NCBI GenBank assembly: GCA_004554665.1
Contig: SFKY01000004.1
Span: forward strand, 1,081-65,080
Direction: 5' to 3'
Length of the DNA: 64,000 nt
Source: Bacteroidales bacterium
GTDB lineage: Bacteria > Bacteroidota > Bacteroidia > Bacteroidales > Bacteroidaceae
Part shown: positions 28,365 through 37,836 of the stretch, piece by piece
Layout of the letters: each line of letters begins with the position of its first letter
How positions within the stretch are numbered: position 1 is the first letter of the stretch
Position numbers and translations under genes: made by a program
Notes under the pieces: model-generated
Seen by the model: only the letters and a program-made list of their open reading frames with translations
What the model was told of the DNA's origin: nothing
Database searches by the model: none

Positions 28365-30041
28365 TTATTCGATAGTCTTCCAGTAGGGATTGCCCAGACG
28401 CTCCTTTTGCGGAATCTCCCATGTGAAGTGTGAGATGCCCGTGTTGCTCCAGTGGTTGGCACCACGTGGGTTTTGGGCACCCCAGCGCTTCTGGTTGAAG
28501 AACGCCCAGTCGCCTTCGCCCCACATCTCGATGCGCCACTGCAGCTTGATCATGTCCATCAGGCTCTTGCCGGCCATCGTGTTGGCGCAAGTCATGGTTT
28601 CTGCGCCCGGCAATGTGCGTGCAGCGAGCAGCTTGTCGAGCGTCTCCTTGGCCTTGGCCTCCTGACCGCTCTGTGCGTACGCCTCTGCCAGCATCAGCCA
28701 TACGGCCGAGGAGCGCAGATAGATGTTGTCGGAGGTGGTGTACTGGTTGGTATGGTTCTTCCCGTTGTGCTCGATGGCCGAGCTTGCGGCCCACTTCAGC
28801 GTGGTGTAGGCCGGGATGGTGTAGGAGAACCATGTAGAGTCGTTGTTCTCGTAAGAGTAGATGGGATAGTTCTCGAAGTCTTCAGACAGAATGCAGGCCT
28901 TGCGGCAGTCGTTGTCCGACAGAGCGTCGTAGATACCCTTGTCCACTTGGTAGTAGCCGCTGGGTCCATTCTTGAGGGTGTTGAAGCCACAGTTGGTCCA
29001 GAAGATGTTGGACGAGCCGCGGGCACCGCCAAAGATAGCCTCCGGATTCTTTTCCAGGTTGTAGAAGGCATTCTCCTCAGCATTAAACTCCTTGCCGCAC
29101 CATCCGTTGTCGTTGCGGGCGGCCACACTGGGCAGCAGCGCCTCGTTCATGCCATAGTCCTCGGCCTTGATAAAGTTGGGATAATGGGTGAGCAGGTCGT
29201 TGGCAGCTTCGATTACGGTGCTGTAATCCTTCATGTCCAGCGCGGCACGGGCACGATAGTACTGGGCCACGCCGCAGTCGATGGCGTAGATCTTGTCTGA
29301 CTCCTTGCCTACGAGATACCCCTTGTCGCCGAGGTCAGACTCGTGGAAACTCTTCACAGCCTTGGCAAAGGCATCCTTGATCCAAGCCCATGTGTCGGCC
29401 ACCGACAGCGGCTCTTTGGGTGAGTTGTAGGCGTAGGTATCGTAGATAGGCCAGCCCTGCTTGGTGGTCGATGTCACGTCCTGCAAGTCGGTATAGCGCT
29501 CCATCAGCGCCAGATAGCCTATGGCCTGCATGGTAAGGCACTGTGCCTGATACCGTTTCATGAGTTTGTTTTCGCCCACGTTCTCGTCGGTGAGGTATTC
29601 CATCGGCTTGAGGGCAGCCGCAATCTTGTAGACCGGCCCCAGATAGTAGCCATAGTTCTGGATATCGTCATCGCTCTCCCAGTAGGTCACGCTGGGGCTG
29701 TTCTGGTACCACTGGTTGTAGGTACCCTTAAAGGCAGAGGTGCCCTCTACCACGTCGCCAGACTGGATGAAGCGGCGTAACTCGAAGTTAGACTCATACG
29801 CATAACTGTTGGAGTAGCCTCCGTTGAGCGCGGCGTTGTAGATATTGATGTAGCCGGGCAGTCCGCTCACCATACCTTCGAGCACCAGTTTGATTTTCTC
29901 TTCATCTCCTTCTTGCAGAAGCTTGTTGATATCGTCATCCGTAAAGTAGTTGGGATTGGTGACATCGAGCTTGCCGCTACATGCCGTGAGCCCTATGGCA
30001 CACAGGGCTATGGCAAATATGTTTTTGAATATCTTTTTCAT
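28365..30041 (-). CDS. RagB/SusD family lipoprotein
   Basis: Lipobox GLTAC; YLRSSAVWLMLAEAYA, WRIEMWGEG, WEIPQKE; directly downstream of susC. Confidence 0.88.
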   Translation of the reverse strand: MKKIFKNIFAIALCAIGLTACSGKLDVTNPNYFTDDDINKLLQEGDEEKIKLVLEGMVSGLPGYINIYNAALNGGYSNSYAYESNFELRRFIQSGDVVEGTSAFKGTYNQWYQNSPSVTYWESDDDIQNYGYYLGPVYKIAAALKPMEYLTDENVGENKLMKRYQAQCLTMQAIGYLALMERYTDLQDVTSTTKQGWPIYDTYAYNSPKEPLSVADTWAWIKDAFAKAVKSFHESDLGDKGYLVGKESDKIYAIDCGVAQYYRARAALDMKDYSTVIEAANDLLTHYPNFIKAEDYGMNEALLPSVAARNDNGWCGKEFNAEENAFYNLEKNPEAIFGGARGSSNIFWTNCGFNTLKNGPSGYYQVDKGIYDALSDNDCRKACILSEDFENYPIYSYENNDSTWFSYTIPAYTTLKWAASSAIEHNGKNHTNQYTTSDNIYLRSSAVWLMLAEAYAQSGQEAKAKETLDKLLAARTLPGAETMTCANTMAGKSLMDMIKLQWRIEMWGEGDWAFFNQKRWGAQNPRGANHWSNTGISHFTWEIPQKERLGNPYWKTIE

Positions 30042-30065
30042 ATCGTTGTGATTGATCGTATGTAG

Positions 30066-33000
30066 TTAGAATTCGAGGTTTACACCCAGTGTGATGGTCT
30101 GCATCTGGGGATAGACGTAGGTGTCGAGCTCCTTACCGCCGATGGACGACATCGAGGGGTCGATACCCTTGCCGGCCGAGAACAGCAGCACGTTGTCTGC
30201 CGATACAAAGGCGCGCAACTTGCTCACGCCTATCTTGCTCAGCAGGCGCTTGGGCACGGTGTAGCCGAGCGTAATATTCTTGATGCGGAAGTAGGAAGCA
30301 TCGAAGAGCGCCATGTCGGTATAGCAGTGAGAGCCGGGGAGATAGGCTCCGTCCAGATAGTAGGTACCGCCAGAACTGTTGAACCACTGCATCGGGTACT
30401 TGGCGCCAGTGTTGTCGGGCGACCAGGTCTCGCCCACGATATCCTTGGATACGGGGATGCCCGTAGACGACATGGTAGAACCGCGGTAGAGATGCTGCGC
30501 ATACTCCATCGAGAAGAATTTGCCGCCTATCTGGTAGGCTGCCACGATACCCAGGTCGAAGTCCTTGTAGCGCAAGGTGGTGGTAAGACCGCCCATCCAA
30601 GCCGGGATGGCGCTGCCCACCTCGTACTCTGAGGCATCGGCGGCCACGGTGGTCTTCACGTTCTCGCCCTGCTGGTATTCGGCATACCGTCCGCCGTGTG
30701 CATAGCTGCCGTTGGCATCGGGATGCACGTCGGCATAGGTCACGCGGTGCCAGTACATAGGCAGACCCGTGTTTTGGTCCACACCGGCATACTTATACAT
30801 ATACAGGCTGAAGAGGTCCTTGCCCTCGCCACGCAGATAGAAGTCGCCACGTCCGGCATGACCGGCAGTACCAGCCTGAGCCATATCCTCGGTCTGGACT
30901 ATCCAGCAGCCCTGCGGTATATCCATCGTGTTGTCCCAGTAGGGTATCTGGTCTGCCGGCACCTCGGCCAGCGTAGTGCGGTAGTGGGTACCGTTGATGC
31001 CCACGCTCCATGTCCAGTCCTTGGTGCGGATGATGTCGCCGTCCAACTCTATTTCTATACCCGTATTGCGCACCTTGGCGGCGTTCTTCTGCAGGGTGGT
31101 GTTGCCCATGTTGGCGAGCGGAGACACCATCTGGTTGTAGAGCGCGTTGGTGGTCAGGTTGTTGTAGTAGTCGATGGCACCGGTGATTCTGCTGTTGAAG
31201 AGCGAGAAGTCCACACCGAGGTCAAACTGGTGTATCGTCTCCCATGTCAGGTCATCTCTTACCAGTCCGCTGTTGGTGATCTTGTAGGTAGAGGGCGTAC
31301 CCGTACCTGATGAGCTCTGTGTCCACGTAGCCACACCGTAGCTCCATGTCTTGTTCAGATAATAGCTGGTCAGACCGTTGGAGTTACCCGTCACACCGTA
31401 GCTGAAACGCAGCTTGGCATTGTCGAGCCATGTCTTGGCCGACTTCAGGAACGGCTCCTCCGAGAAGCGCCAGCCACCGCCTACCGACCAGAAGGTACCC
31501 CAGCGGTTGTCCTTGGTAAACTTGGAAGAGGCATCGCGGCGCAGCGAGCCCGAAGCATAGTAGCGCTCAGCGTAGTTGTAGTTCACACGGCCCAGGTACG
31601 ACTCGGTGCGGTATGTGTTGAGCGACCATCCCGGCGTGGTTGAGTTCTCGCCGCCGTACGAAGTGTAGCGTCCCACGAAGTTGCCGGGGATGATATAGCC
31701 CGGGATGAGCTCGTAGGTAGAACCGAAGTTCACGTCCTTGCGGTCCAGGTCCTCATACTCGTGGCCGAGCATGGCATCCACATGGTGCTTGTCGATGTCC
31801 TGGTTGTACGAGAGCAGCTGCTGCGTGTTGATGATACGGCGGTTGTAGGTCTTGATACCGATGCTACCCGTACCTGCGGCACGTCCGGCCACGCTGTTCA
31901 TGTACGATGTGCGGCGCCAGTTCTGCTCATCCATGTTGAAGCGGATGGAGAAGGTGAAGTATCTTAGGAAGTCGATGTCTGCGAAGAGGCGGCTCGTCCA
32001 CGTCTTGATGGCCTGCTGCTCCATATTGGTCTCGGTCACAAACATGTAGTCGCTGCTGAATGCGCGGTAAGCCACGTGGTCCTCGCCCAAGGGTGAGTAC
32101 GACTTGTTGTACACGTTGAGCAGCTTCTTGCCGTCAGCATCGGTGGCTATGGTGCCGTCCTCGTTCATCTGGTAGATGGGGAATATGGGCTGGTAACCCT
32201 TCACATTGAGCATGGCGTTGCCCGATGCGCCACCGATCTGTCGCGAGCCCCACTTGCCGGCCTGGGCCCTGGTCTTGGTGTCCGAGTAAGAGATGTTGGC
32301 ACCCAGCTTGATCCACGGGAATATCTTGGCCTCCATGTTGGCGCGGCCGCTGTAGCGGCGGTACGAACTGGCCACCAGGAACGACGGGTCGTCCTGATAT
32401 CCCAGCGAGTAGTAGTAGCGCAGCTTGTCGGTGCCGCCGCTGGCCGAGAGGTTGTACTCCTGACGGAAGGCGTTGCGGAAGAGCAGGTCGGCCGCGTCGT
32501 CATCGTAGAGCAGTCGGGCGTTGGGGTTGATGCGTCCCGTCTCGGGATCCACGAGATAAGCCCCGCTCATGGTCGAGCTCGAGTTGGTGCCCGACCCTGT
32601 GTTGGTGTAGATGGCACCCGGCACGCTGTAGGCCATGTTGTTTTTCAGCAGGTTCATCTGGAATGCCGTCTCGCTGTTGTTGTAGTCAAACAGGTGCTGG
32701 CTCGCGAAGAGGCGTGCCTCGGCATCCGTATGGTTAGGTGTGAGCGTGTTGGTATAGTAGTAGCCGTTGGCGTCAACGCCCGGCAGACCTGTACCGTTCA
32801 CACCATAGCGGTAAGAGTTGTAGATACTCTTCCAGACATACTCGTAGTACTCGGCAGCCGAGTCGATCGAGTTGGTGTTGTAGTTGCCAATTGAGTTCCA
32901 TCCCCATCTGCCCTCAAACGAAATCTTGGCCTTGCCGCTCTGTCCGCGCTTGGTGGTGATGAGCACCACGCCGTTGGCACCGCGCGAGCCGTAGAGCGCC

Positions 33001-33746
33001 GTAGAGGCGGCATCCTTGAGCACGGAGATAGAGGCGATGTCCTCGGGGTTGAGCTGCGACAGCGGGTTCTCGTAAGTAGAGTTGGTCTGCTGGGCCACAC
33101 CGTCGACCACGATGAGCGCAGCGGCCGATGCACCGTTGGTGGAGCTCACACCACGGATGCGGATGGCCATATCGTAACCCGGCTGGCCGTCTACCGAAGC
33201 CACACGGATACCGGGAGCGGCACCCTCCAGGGCACGTGATACGGTGGTGGTGTTCTGTACCGCGATGTTCTCGGCCTTTACAGCCGTCATGGCACCCGTC
33301 AGGTCTTTCTTTTTCTGGGTACCGTAGGCCACTACTACCACTTCGTCCAGACTCTCGGAGTCTTCCTCCAAACGCACGGTCACCGTGTTGCCTTTCACCG
33401 CCACTGTCTGGGGCTTGAATCCCACGTAGGTCACATTGATCTGTGCGCCCGGTTTGATAGAGAGGGTAAATTTACCGTCCAGATTGGTGATGGTACCGTT
33501 GTTGGGTACACCCTTTTCCACAACCGTGGCACCTACTACGGGTTCTCCGTTGTTGTCCAACACCGTACCCGTGATGCTCTTCTTGGCTTGCTGTACGGCA
33601 AGCGACTGGTTTTCGTTCACATTGTCACGCTCGTCTGCCGATGCGGACAGTGGGGTCATCACACACAGGGAAGCAGCGAACACCAACGTCCACCGCTTGG
33701 CCGTGTTCAAAACGCCCATTGAACTTCTTGCTTGTTTTTCGTCCAT
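30066..33746 (-). CDS. SusC/RagA TonB-dependent transporter (susC1)
   Basis: LKDAASTALYGSRGANGVVLITTK plug motif, RWGTFWSVGGGW, C-terminal GVNLEF. Confidence 0.95.
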   Translation of the reverse strand: MDEKQARSSMGVLNTAKRWTLVFAASLCVMTPLSASADERDNVNENQSLAVQQAKKSITGTVLDNNGEPVVGATVVEKGVPNNGTITNLDGKFTLSIKPGAQINVTYVGFKPQTVAVKGNTVTVRLEEDSESLDEVVVVAYGTQKKKDLTGAMTAVKAENIAVQNTTTVSRALEGAAPGIRVASVDGQPGYDMAIRIRGVSSTNGASAAALIVVDGVAQQTNSTYENPLSQLNPEDIASISVLKDAASTALYGSRGANGVVLITTKRGQSGKAKISFEGRWGWNSIGNYNTNSIDSAAEYYEYVWKSIYNSYRYGVNGTGLPGVDANGYYYTNTLTPNHTDAEARLFASQHLFDYNNSETAFQMNLLKNNMAYSVPGAIYTNTGSGTNSSSTMSGAYLVDPETGRINPNARLLYDDDAADLLFRNAFRQEYNLSASGGTDKLRYYYSLGYQDDPSFLVASSYRRYSGRANMEAKIFPWIKLGANISYSDTKTRAQAGKWGSRQIGGASGNAMLNVKGYQPIFPIYQMNEDGTIATDADGKKLLNVYNKSYSPLGEDHVAYRAFSSDYMFVTETNMEQQAIKTWTSRLFADIDFLRYFTFSIRFNMDEQNWRRTSYMNSVAGRAAGTGSIGIKTYNRRIINTQQLLSYNQDIDKHHVDAMLGHEYEDLDRKDVNFGSTYELIPGYIIPGNFVGRYTSYGGENSTTPGWSLNTYRTESYLGRVNYNYAERYYASGSLRRDASSKFTKDNRWGTFWSVGGGWRFSEEPFLKSAKTWLDNAKLRFSYGVTGNSNGLTSYYLNKTWSYGVATWTQSSSGTGTPSTYKITNSGLVRDDLTWETIHQFDLGVDFSLFNSRITGAIDYYNNLTTNALYNQMVSPLANMGNTTLQKNAAKVRNTGIEIELDGDIIRTKDWTWSVGINGTHYRTTLAEVPADQIPYWDNTMDIPQGCWIVQTEDMAQAGTAGHAGRGDFYLRGEGKDLFSLYMYKYAGVDQNTGLPMYWHRVTYADVHPDANGSYAHGGRYAEYQQGENVKTTVAADASEYEVGSAIPAWMGGLTTTLRYKDFDLGIVAAYQIGGKFFSMEYAQHLYRGSTMSSTGIPVSKDIVGETWSPDNTGAKYPMQWFNSSGGTYYLDGAYLPGSHCYTDMALFDASYFRIKNITLGYTVPKRLLSKIGVSKLRAFVSADNVLLFSAGKGIDPSMSSIGGKELDTYVYPQMQTITLGVNLEF

Positions 33747-33950
33747 AAATAATAATTTTAAGGTTTTGAATCTATGTTGTTTTTCTCTTTGCTTTTCAGG
33801 TCTTGTCGTTCATGTATCAGGCAGGTCGATGAGACAGGGTTGTCCAATACACATTGTGGGTTATCAATAGTAAGTATCCATAGGCTATCTGGTTTTAGAT
33901 TTCTCGTTCTTGTAGGCTGAGGCGATGCACTTGGCAGTACATCACCGCCC

Positions 33951-33958
33951 CAAAATTA
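33951..33958 (-). promoter_or_regulatory. -7 box (TAATTTTG) for susC1
   Basis: CAAAATTA on + strand, about 205 bp upstream of the susC1 ATG. Confidence 0.5.
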
Positions 33959-34020
33959 GCGAATTAAAAGTAAAGTAAAAATCTTAAAAAACATTTTTTT
34001 GCTTCTCGTAGGCACATTTT

Positions 34021-34038
34021 TGCGCAACTAATTGCGCA
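34021..34038. promoter_or_regulatory. Palindrome TGCGCAA-N4-TTGCGCA, possible LacI-type operator
   Basis: Perfect 7-bp inverted repeat upstream of the susC1 promoter. Confidence 0.4.
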
Positions 34039-34061
34039 GCCAGCCATCATCTTTCTTGGCC

Positions 34062-34119
34062 TAAATGCCATGATTAGCCGCGTAAAGGTGGCGTTTAGCC
34101 CACCTAAATGCCACCTTTA
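34062..34119. repeat. REP-like family A, locus 2
   Basis: Units at 34062, 34083, 34105. Confidence 0.75.
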
Positions 34120-34176
34120 AACAGAAGAAGGGTTGTATATGGTATAGGTGAGTACTTCTTGCTATTTTTCTTTCTT

Positions 34177-34515
34177 AGTTTCTCATCCATAAATTATTAT
34201 TTTATTGCTATCTGCCAATGGGCTGTTTGCGTTCACAAAATCACATTTTTTATGAAATTGCGGTGACAAATACCGAAAAAAGGACAAATATATAAGTTGT
34301 TGTCAAAAATTATTGTCTAAATTTGTGGGCGTAAACTGCCTTGAAGGAACGAATAGTAATCACAATATAAAATCTAACAGCATGGAATAAAGAAGAAAAA
34401 GATGTAACCAAGACCCTATCTCCTGTCTGCCGACAGCGCAAGGCGGGACTCTGATGAAATGAGGAATAACAATTTTTATTAATACCTTAAAATAATAATT
34501 TATGGATGAGAAACT
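34177..34515. promoter_or_regulatory. Candidate invertible promoter segment bounded by perfect 28-bp inverted repeats
   Basis: 34177-34204 AGTTTCTCATCCATAAATTATTATTTTA is the reverse complement of 34488-34515 TAAAATAATAATTTATGGATGAGAAACT; -7 box TAAATTTG at 34318-34325 lies inside. Confidence 0.65.
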
Positions 34516-37500
34516 GAAAATGAATGCATTCGGCGTCTTGAATCCGTCGAGGAGGGTGGCTGTTGTGCTTGCCACATCCTTGTTTACGCTGGCCCCGCTA
34601 TCCGCTATGGCCGGTGCAGGCAACGACCTGAATGCAAACAAGTCTCTTGCCGTACAGCAAGACAAAAAGACCGTTACCGGTACTGTGGTTGACACAAACG
34701 GAGAACCTATCATCGGTGCTACCGTAAGGGAAGTGGGCTCGCAGACTGCGACCATTACCGATGTCAACGGAAACTTCAAGCTCAGCGTCAAGTCTGGTGC
34801 TATGCTCTCTGTATCAAGTATAGGCTTCAAGGAACAGACCGTCAAGGCCGGTGCCAACGTCACTGTGACTCTGCAGGACGATGCCGAGGTGCTGGACCAG
34901 GTGGTTGTGGTAGGTTATGGTACCGCCAAACGCAAGGATGTGTCGGGTGCCATCACCAGCGTGAAGTTTGACGATGGCAAGATCACCAACTTGCCTAACC
35001 CCAATGCCCTCGCCGCCCTGTCGAGCCAGGTGGCCGGTCTGCACTACTCGCCTACCAGCAGTGCCAGTGGTGACAACTCGGGTACGATGACGCTGCGTGG
35101 CAAGAACGTGATTCCGTCAAGCCCGTCGGCTTCGGCACAGGGCAACAATGCACCGCTGCTCATTGTGGACGGTGTAATCTCGTATGGTGGCATCAACGAA
35201 ATCAATACCAATGACATCGCCACCATCGACGTGCTCAAGGATGCCTCTGCAGCTGCTATCTACGGTTCGCGTGCCGCCAACGGTGTAATCATCATCACCA
35301 CCAAGCGTGGTGCAAGCGCCCAGCCTACTGTCCGCTTCAACACCCAGTGGAGCTTCTCTGACTGGAGCCGCTCGCCGAAGATGGTAGAGGACAAGGAGCG
35401 TTTCCTCATGAACCGCTTCTATGCCAAGAAGGCTGCCGGTGACAACCGCATCCCCGAGGACCAGGAGTGGTCGATGGACTTCTTCAATGCCAATAGAGAC
35501 GTGTTCTTTGTCACGACACAGGAAATGCAGGCTTACGAGGCCGGCCAGTGGGTAAACTGGTTGGATGAGGTAACGCGCACAGGTGTAGGCCAGCAGTACG
35601 ACGTAAGCGTAGCTGGTGGCAGCAAGGGCGTGAAGTACTATCTCTCCGGCGACTACAGCCGCCGCCAGGGTGTACAGATTGGCGACGACTATGAGAAGTA
35701 TAACATCCTGTCCAAGATCGATATCGATGTGACAAGCTGGTTGAAGGTGGGCCTAAAGGCCAATTACCTCGGCTGGCGCCAGTGGGGTGTTACTGCTACG
35801 CTCGGAAACGCCGAGTGGTATTCGCCCTTCTCTTGGAAGACCGTGCAGAGCGACGACCCCAAGTATGCCTCTTGGCCCAACTCTCACCCCGACGGCAATA
35901 CGCTGAGCCCGCTGTGGGGTTCGGGTGTGAACGGCGGTGTGGCCGACTCTAACCTCTATGGTGTCAACGACAAGAACGGAAACAATGTCAACGGCGTGCT
36001 CACTGCACAGGTTGATTTTCCGTTCCTCAAAGGTCTGAGCTACCGCTTCACGCTCAATGCACAGCGCAACTCGAGCTATCAGGACACCTTCAACAAGCCC
36101 GAAATGTGGGTGGACACCCGCAACACTGCCCAGATGGACGACCCCACACAGTTTAACAACAAGGTAGAGGGTATCTCCACGGCTTCGGTTTCTTCTTATT
36201 GGAATGCCGACAACATCCTCACTTACAGCACCGACATCGACAAGCACCATGTAGACGGTATGCTGGGTTACACCCGCGAGTCTTACGACAACAACTACCG
36301 CTACCTGAGCTTCAAGGATTTCACCGGTTCTACCTCTTTAGGTTACTATGGTGCCGAGACCGCCAACACCAAGGATGTGAAGCGCCAGCGTACCCGCACC
36401 CAGTCGGCCGCTTATCTGGCACGTCTCAACTACAACTTCGACAGCAAGTATTACTTCACCTTCAACTACCGTCGCGATGGATTCTCCGCTTTCGCCAAGG
36501 ACAACAAGTGGGGCAACTTCTACGGTGTGTCTGGCGCATGGGTATTCAGCAAGGAGAAGTTCCTCAAGGACGTTCTTTCTTGGCTCGACTATGGTAAACT
36601 GCGCCTCTCTTGGGGTCAGAACGGTAGCCGGTCGGTAAGCGCTTACGCCACCAACTCTACCATCTCTACCAAGTACACATGGCTTAACAACCAGAGTACC
36701 TTGGCATACTACGCCAGCACACTGGGCAACAAGGGACTTACTTGGGCTACTGTGACCAAGTACAACTTGGGTCTCGACTTCAGTGTCCTCAACAATAGAC
36801 TCGACGGTACCATCGATATCTATTCCGGACGTACCACCAACATGCTGATGAACCGCTCCGTACCTTATCCCTCTGGCTTCAACACCGCTTCGGCCAATGT
36901 GGGTAAGGTCAGCAACAAGGGTATCGAGGTTACCCTGCACTCTGTCAATATCAACGGTGACGGCAAGAACAACGTGCGTTGGGAGTCTAACCTCACCTTC
37001 GACCTCAACCGCAACAAGATCATGAGTCTCTATGGCAAGAACTATAAGGGCGAGGAGGCCGACGACGTGGCCAACTTCCACACCTATGGACCGCAGTCGT
37101 ACTACGCACTCATGGTAGGCCGCCCCATCACAGCTGCTTACGACGTGAAGAAGGTGGGCATCTTCCAGAGCCAAGAGGAGATCGACAACTATACCTGGAC
37201 CAATCCCGAGACCGGAGCTGTACAGAAGATACAGCCCGATGCCAAGCCGGGTGACGTGAAGTTCCTCGATTGGAACAACGACGGTAAGATCACGGCAGAA
37301 GACCGTCACTGTATCGGCGACCAAGACCCGCTGTTTACGATGAACTTCGGTAATACCATCAGTTACAAGAACTTCTCTCTGTACTTCAGTTTCCGCTGGA
37401 TGCCGGGTAGCGACACCCACTTCTTGGGCTACGACCCCAATGCATGGGGACCCAGCGGCGGCAGCGGCAACCAGCTCGACCGTGTAAACCCGTGGCGAGA

Positions 37501-37813
37501 GGATAACAAGAACAACGATTTCCCGCGCTATGGCTGGAGCAACACACTCGATTACCTCTGGTGGAACAGCCGTGGATTCCTCAAACTCAAGGATTTGGTG
37601 TTCTCATACAACTTCGATCGCAACCTGATTGCTCCTCTCGGACTCACCGGTCTGCGTGCATACGTTTCAGGAACCGACCTCTTCACCATCACCAACTGGT
37701 CTGGTCTCGATCCCGAGACAGGTGGTACCATCGCAGCAGGCGCAGCTTCTACCAAGTACGCCAGCAACGGTTCTTACCGCACCATCACCTTTGGTCTTAA
37801 CGTGACATTCTAA
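34502..37813 (+). CDS. SusC/RagA TonB-dependent transporter (susC2)
   Basis: LKDASAAAIYGSRAANGVIIITTK, NKWGNFYGVSGAW, C-terminal GLNVTF. Confidence 0.95.
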   Translation: MDEKLKMNAFGVLNPSRRVAVVLATSLFTLAPLSAMAGAGNDLNANKSLAVQQDKKTVTGTVVDTNGEPIIGATVREVGSQTATITDVNGNFKLSVKSGAMLSVSSIGFKEQTVKAGANVTVTLQDDAEVLDQVVVVGYGTAKRKDVSGAITSVKFDDGKITNLPNPNALAALSSQVAGLHYSPTSSASGDNSGTMTLRGKNVIPSSPSASAQGNNAPLLIVDGVISYGGINEINTNDIATIDVLKDASAAAIYGSRAANGVIIITTKRGASAQPTVRFNTQWSFSDWSRSPKMVEDKERFLMNRFYAKKAAGDNRIPEDQEWSMDFFNANRDVFFVTTQEMQAYEAGQWVNWLDEVTRTGVGQQYDVSVAGGSKGVKYYLSGDYSRRQGVQIGDDYEKYNILSKIDIDVTSWLKVGLKANYLGWRQWGVTATLGNAEWYSPFSWKTVQSDDPKYASWPNSHPDGNTLSPLWGSGVNGGVADSNLYGVNDKNGNNVNGVLTAQVDFPFLKGLSYRFTLNAQRNSSYQDTFNKPEMWVDTRNTAQMDDPTQFNNKVEGISTASVSSYWNADNILTYSTDIDKHHVDGMLGYTRESYDNNYRYLSFKDFTGSTSLGYYGAETANTKDVKRQRTRTQSAAYLARLNYNFDSKYYFTFNYRRDGFSAFAKDNKWGNFYGVSGAWVFSKEKFLKDVLSWLDYGKLRLSWGQNGSRSVSAYATNSTISTKYTWLNNQSTLAYYASTLGNKGLTWATVTKYNLGLDFSVLNNRLDGTIDIYSGRTTNMLMNRSVPYPSGFNTASANVGKVSNKGIEVTLHSVNINGDGKNNVRWESNLTFDLNRNKIMSLYGKNYKGEEADDVANFHTYGPQSYYALMVGRPITAAYDVKKVGIFQSQEEIDNYTWTNPETGAVQKIQPDAKPGDVKFLDWNNDGKITAEDRHCIGDQDPLFTMNFGNTISYKNFSLYFSFRWMPGSDTHFLGYDPNAWGPSGGSGNQLDRVNPWREDNKNNDFPRYGWSNTLDYLWWNSRGFLKLKDLVFSYNFDRNLIAPLGLTGLRAYVSGTDLFTITNWSGLDPETGGTIAAGAASTKYASNGSYRTITFGLNVTF

Positions 37814-37836
37814 CGAACAAAAAAGACAACACAACT

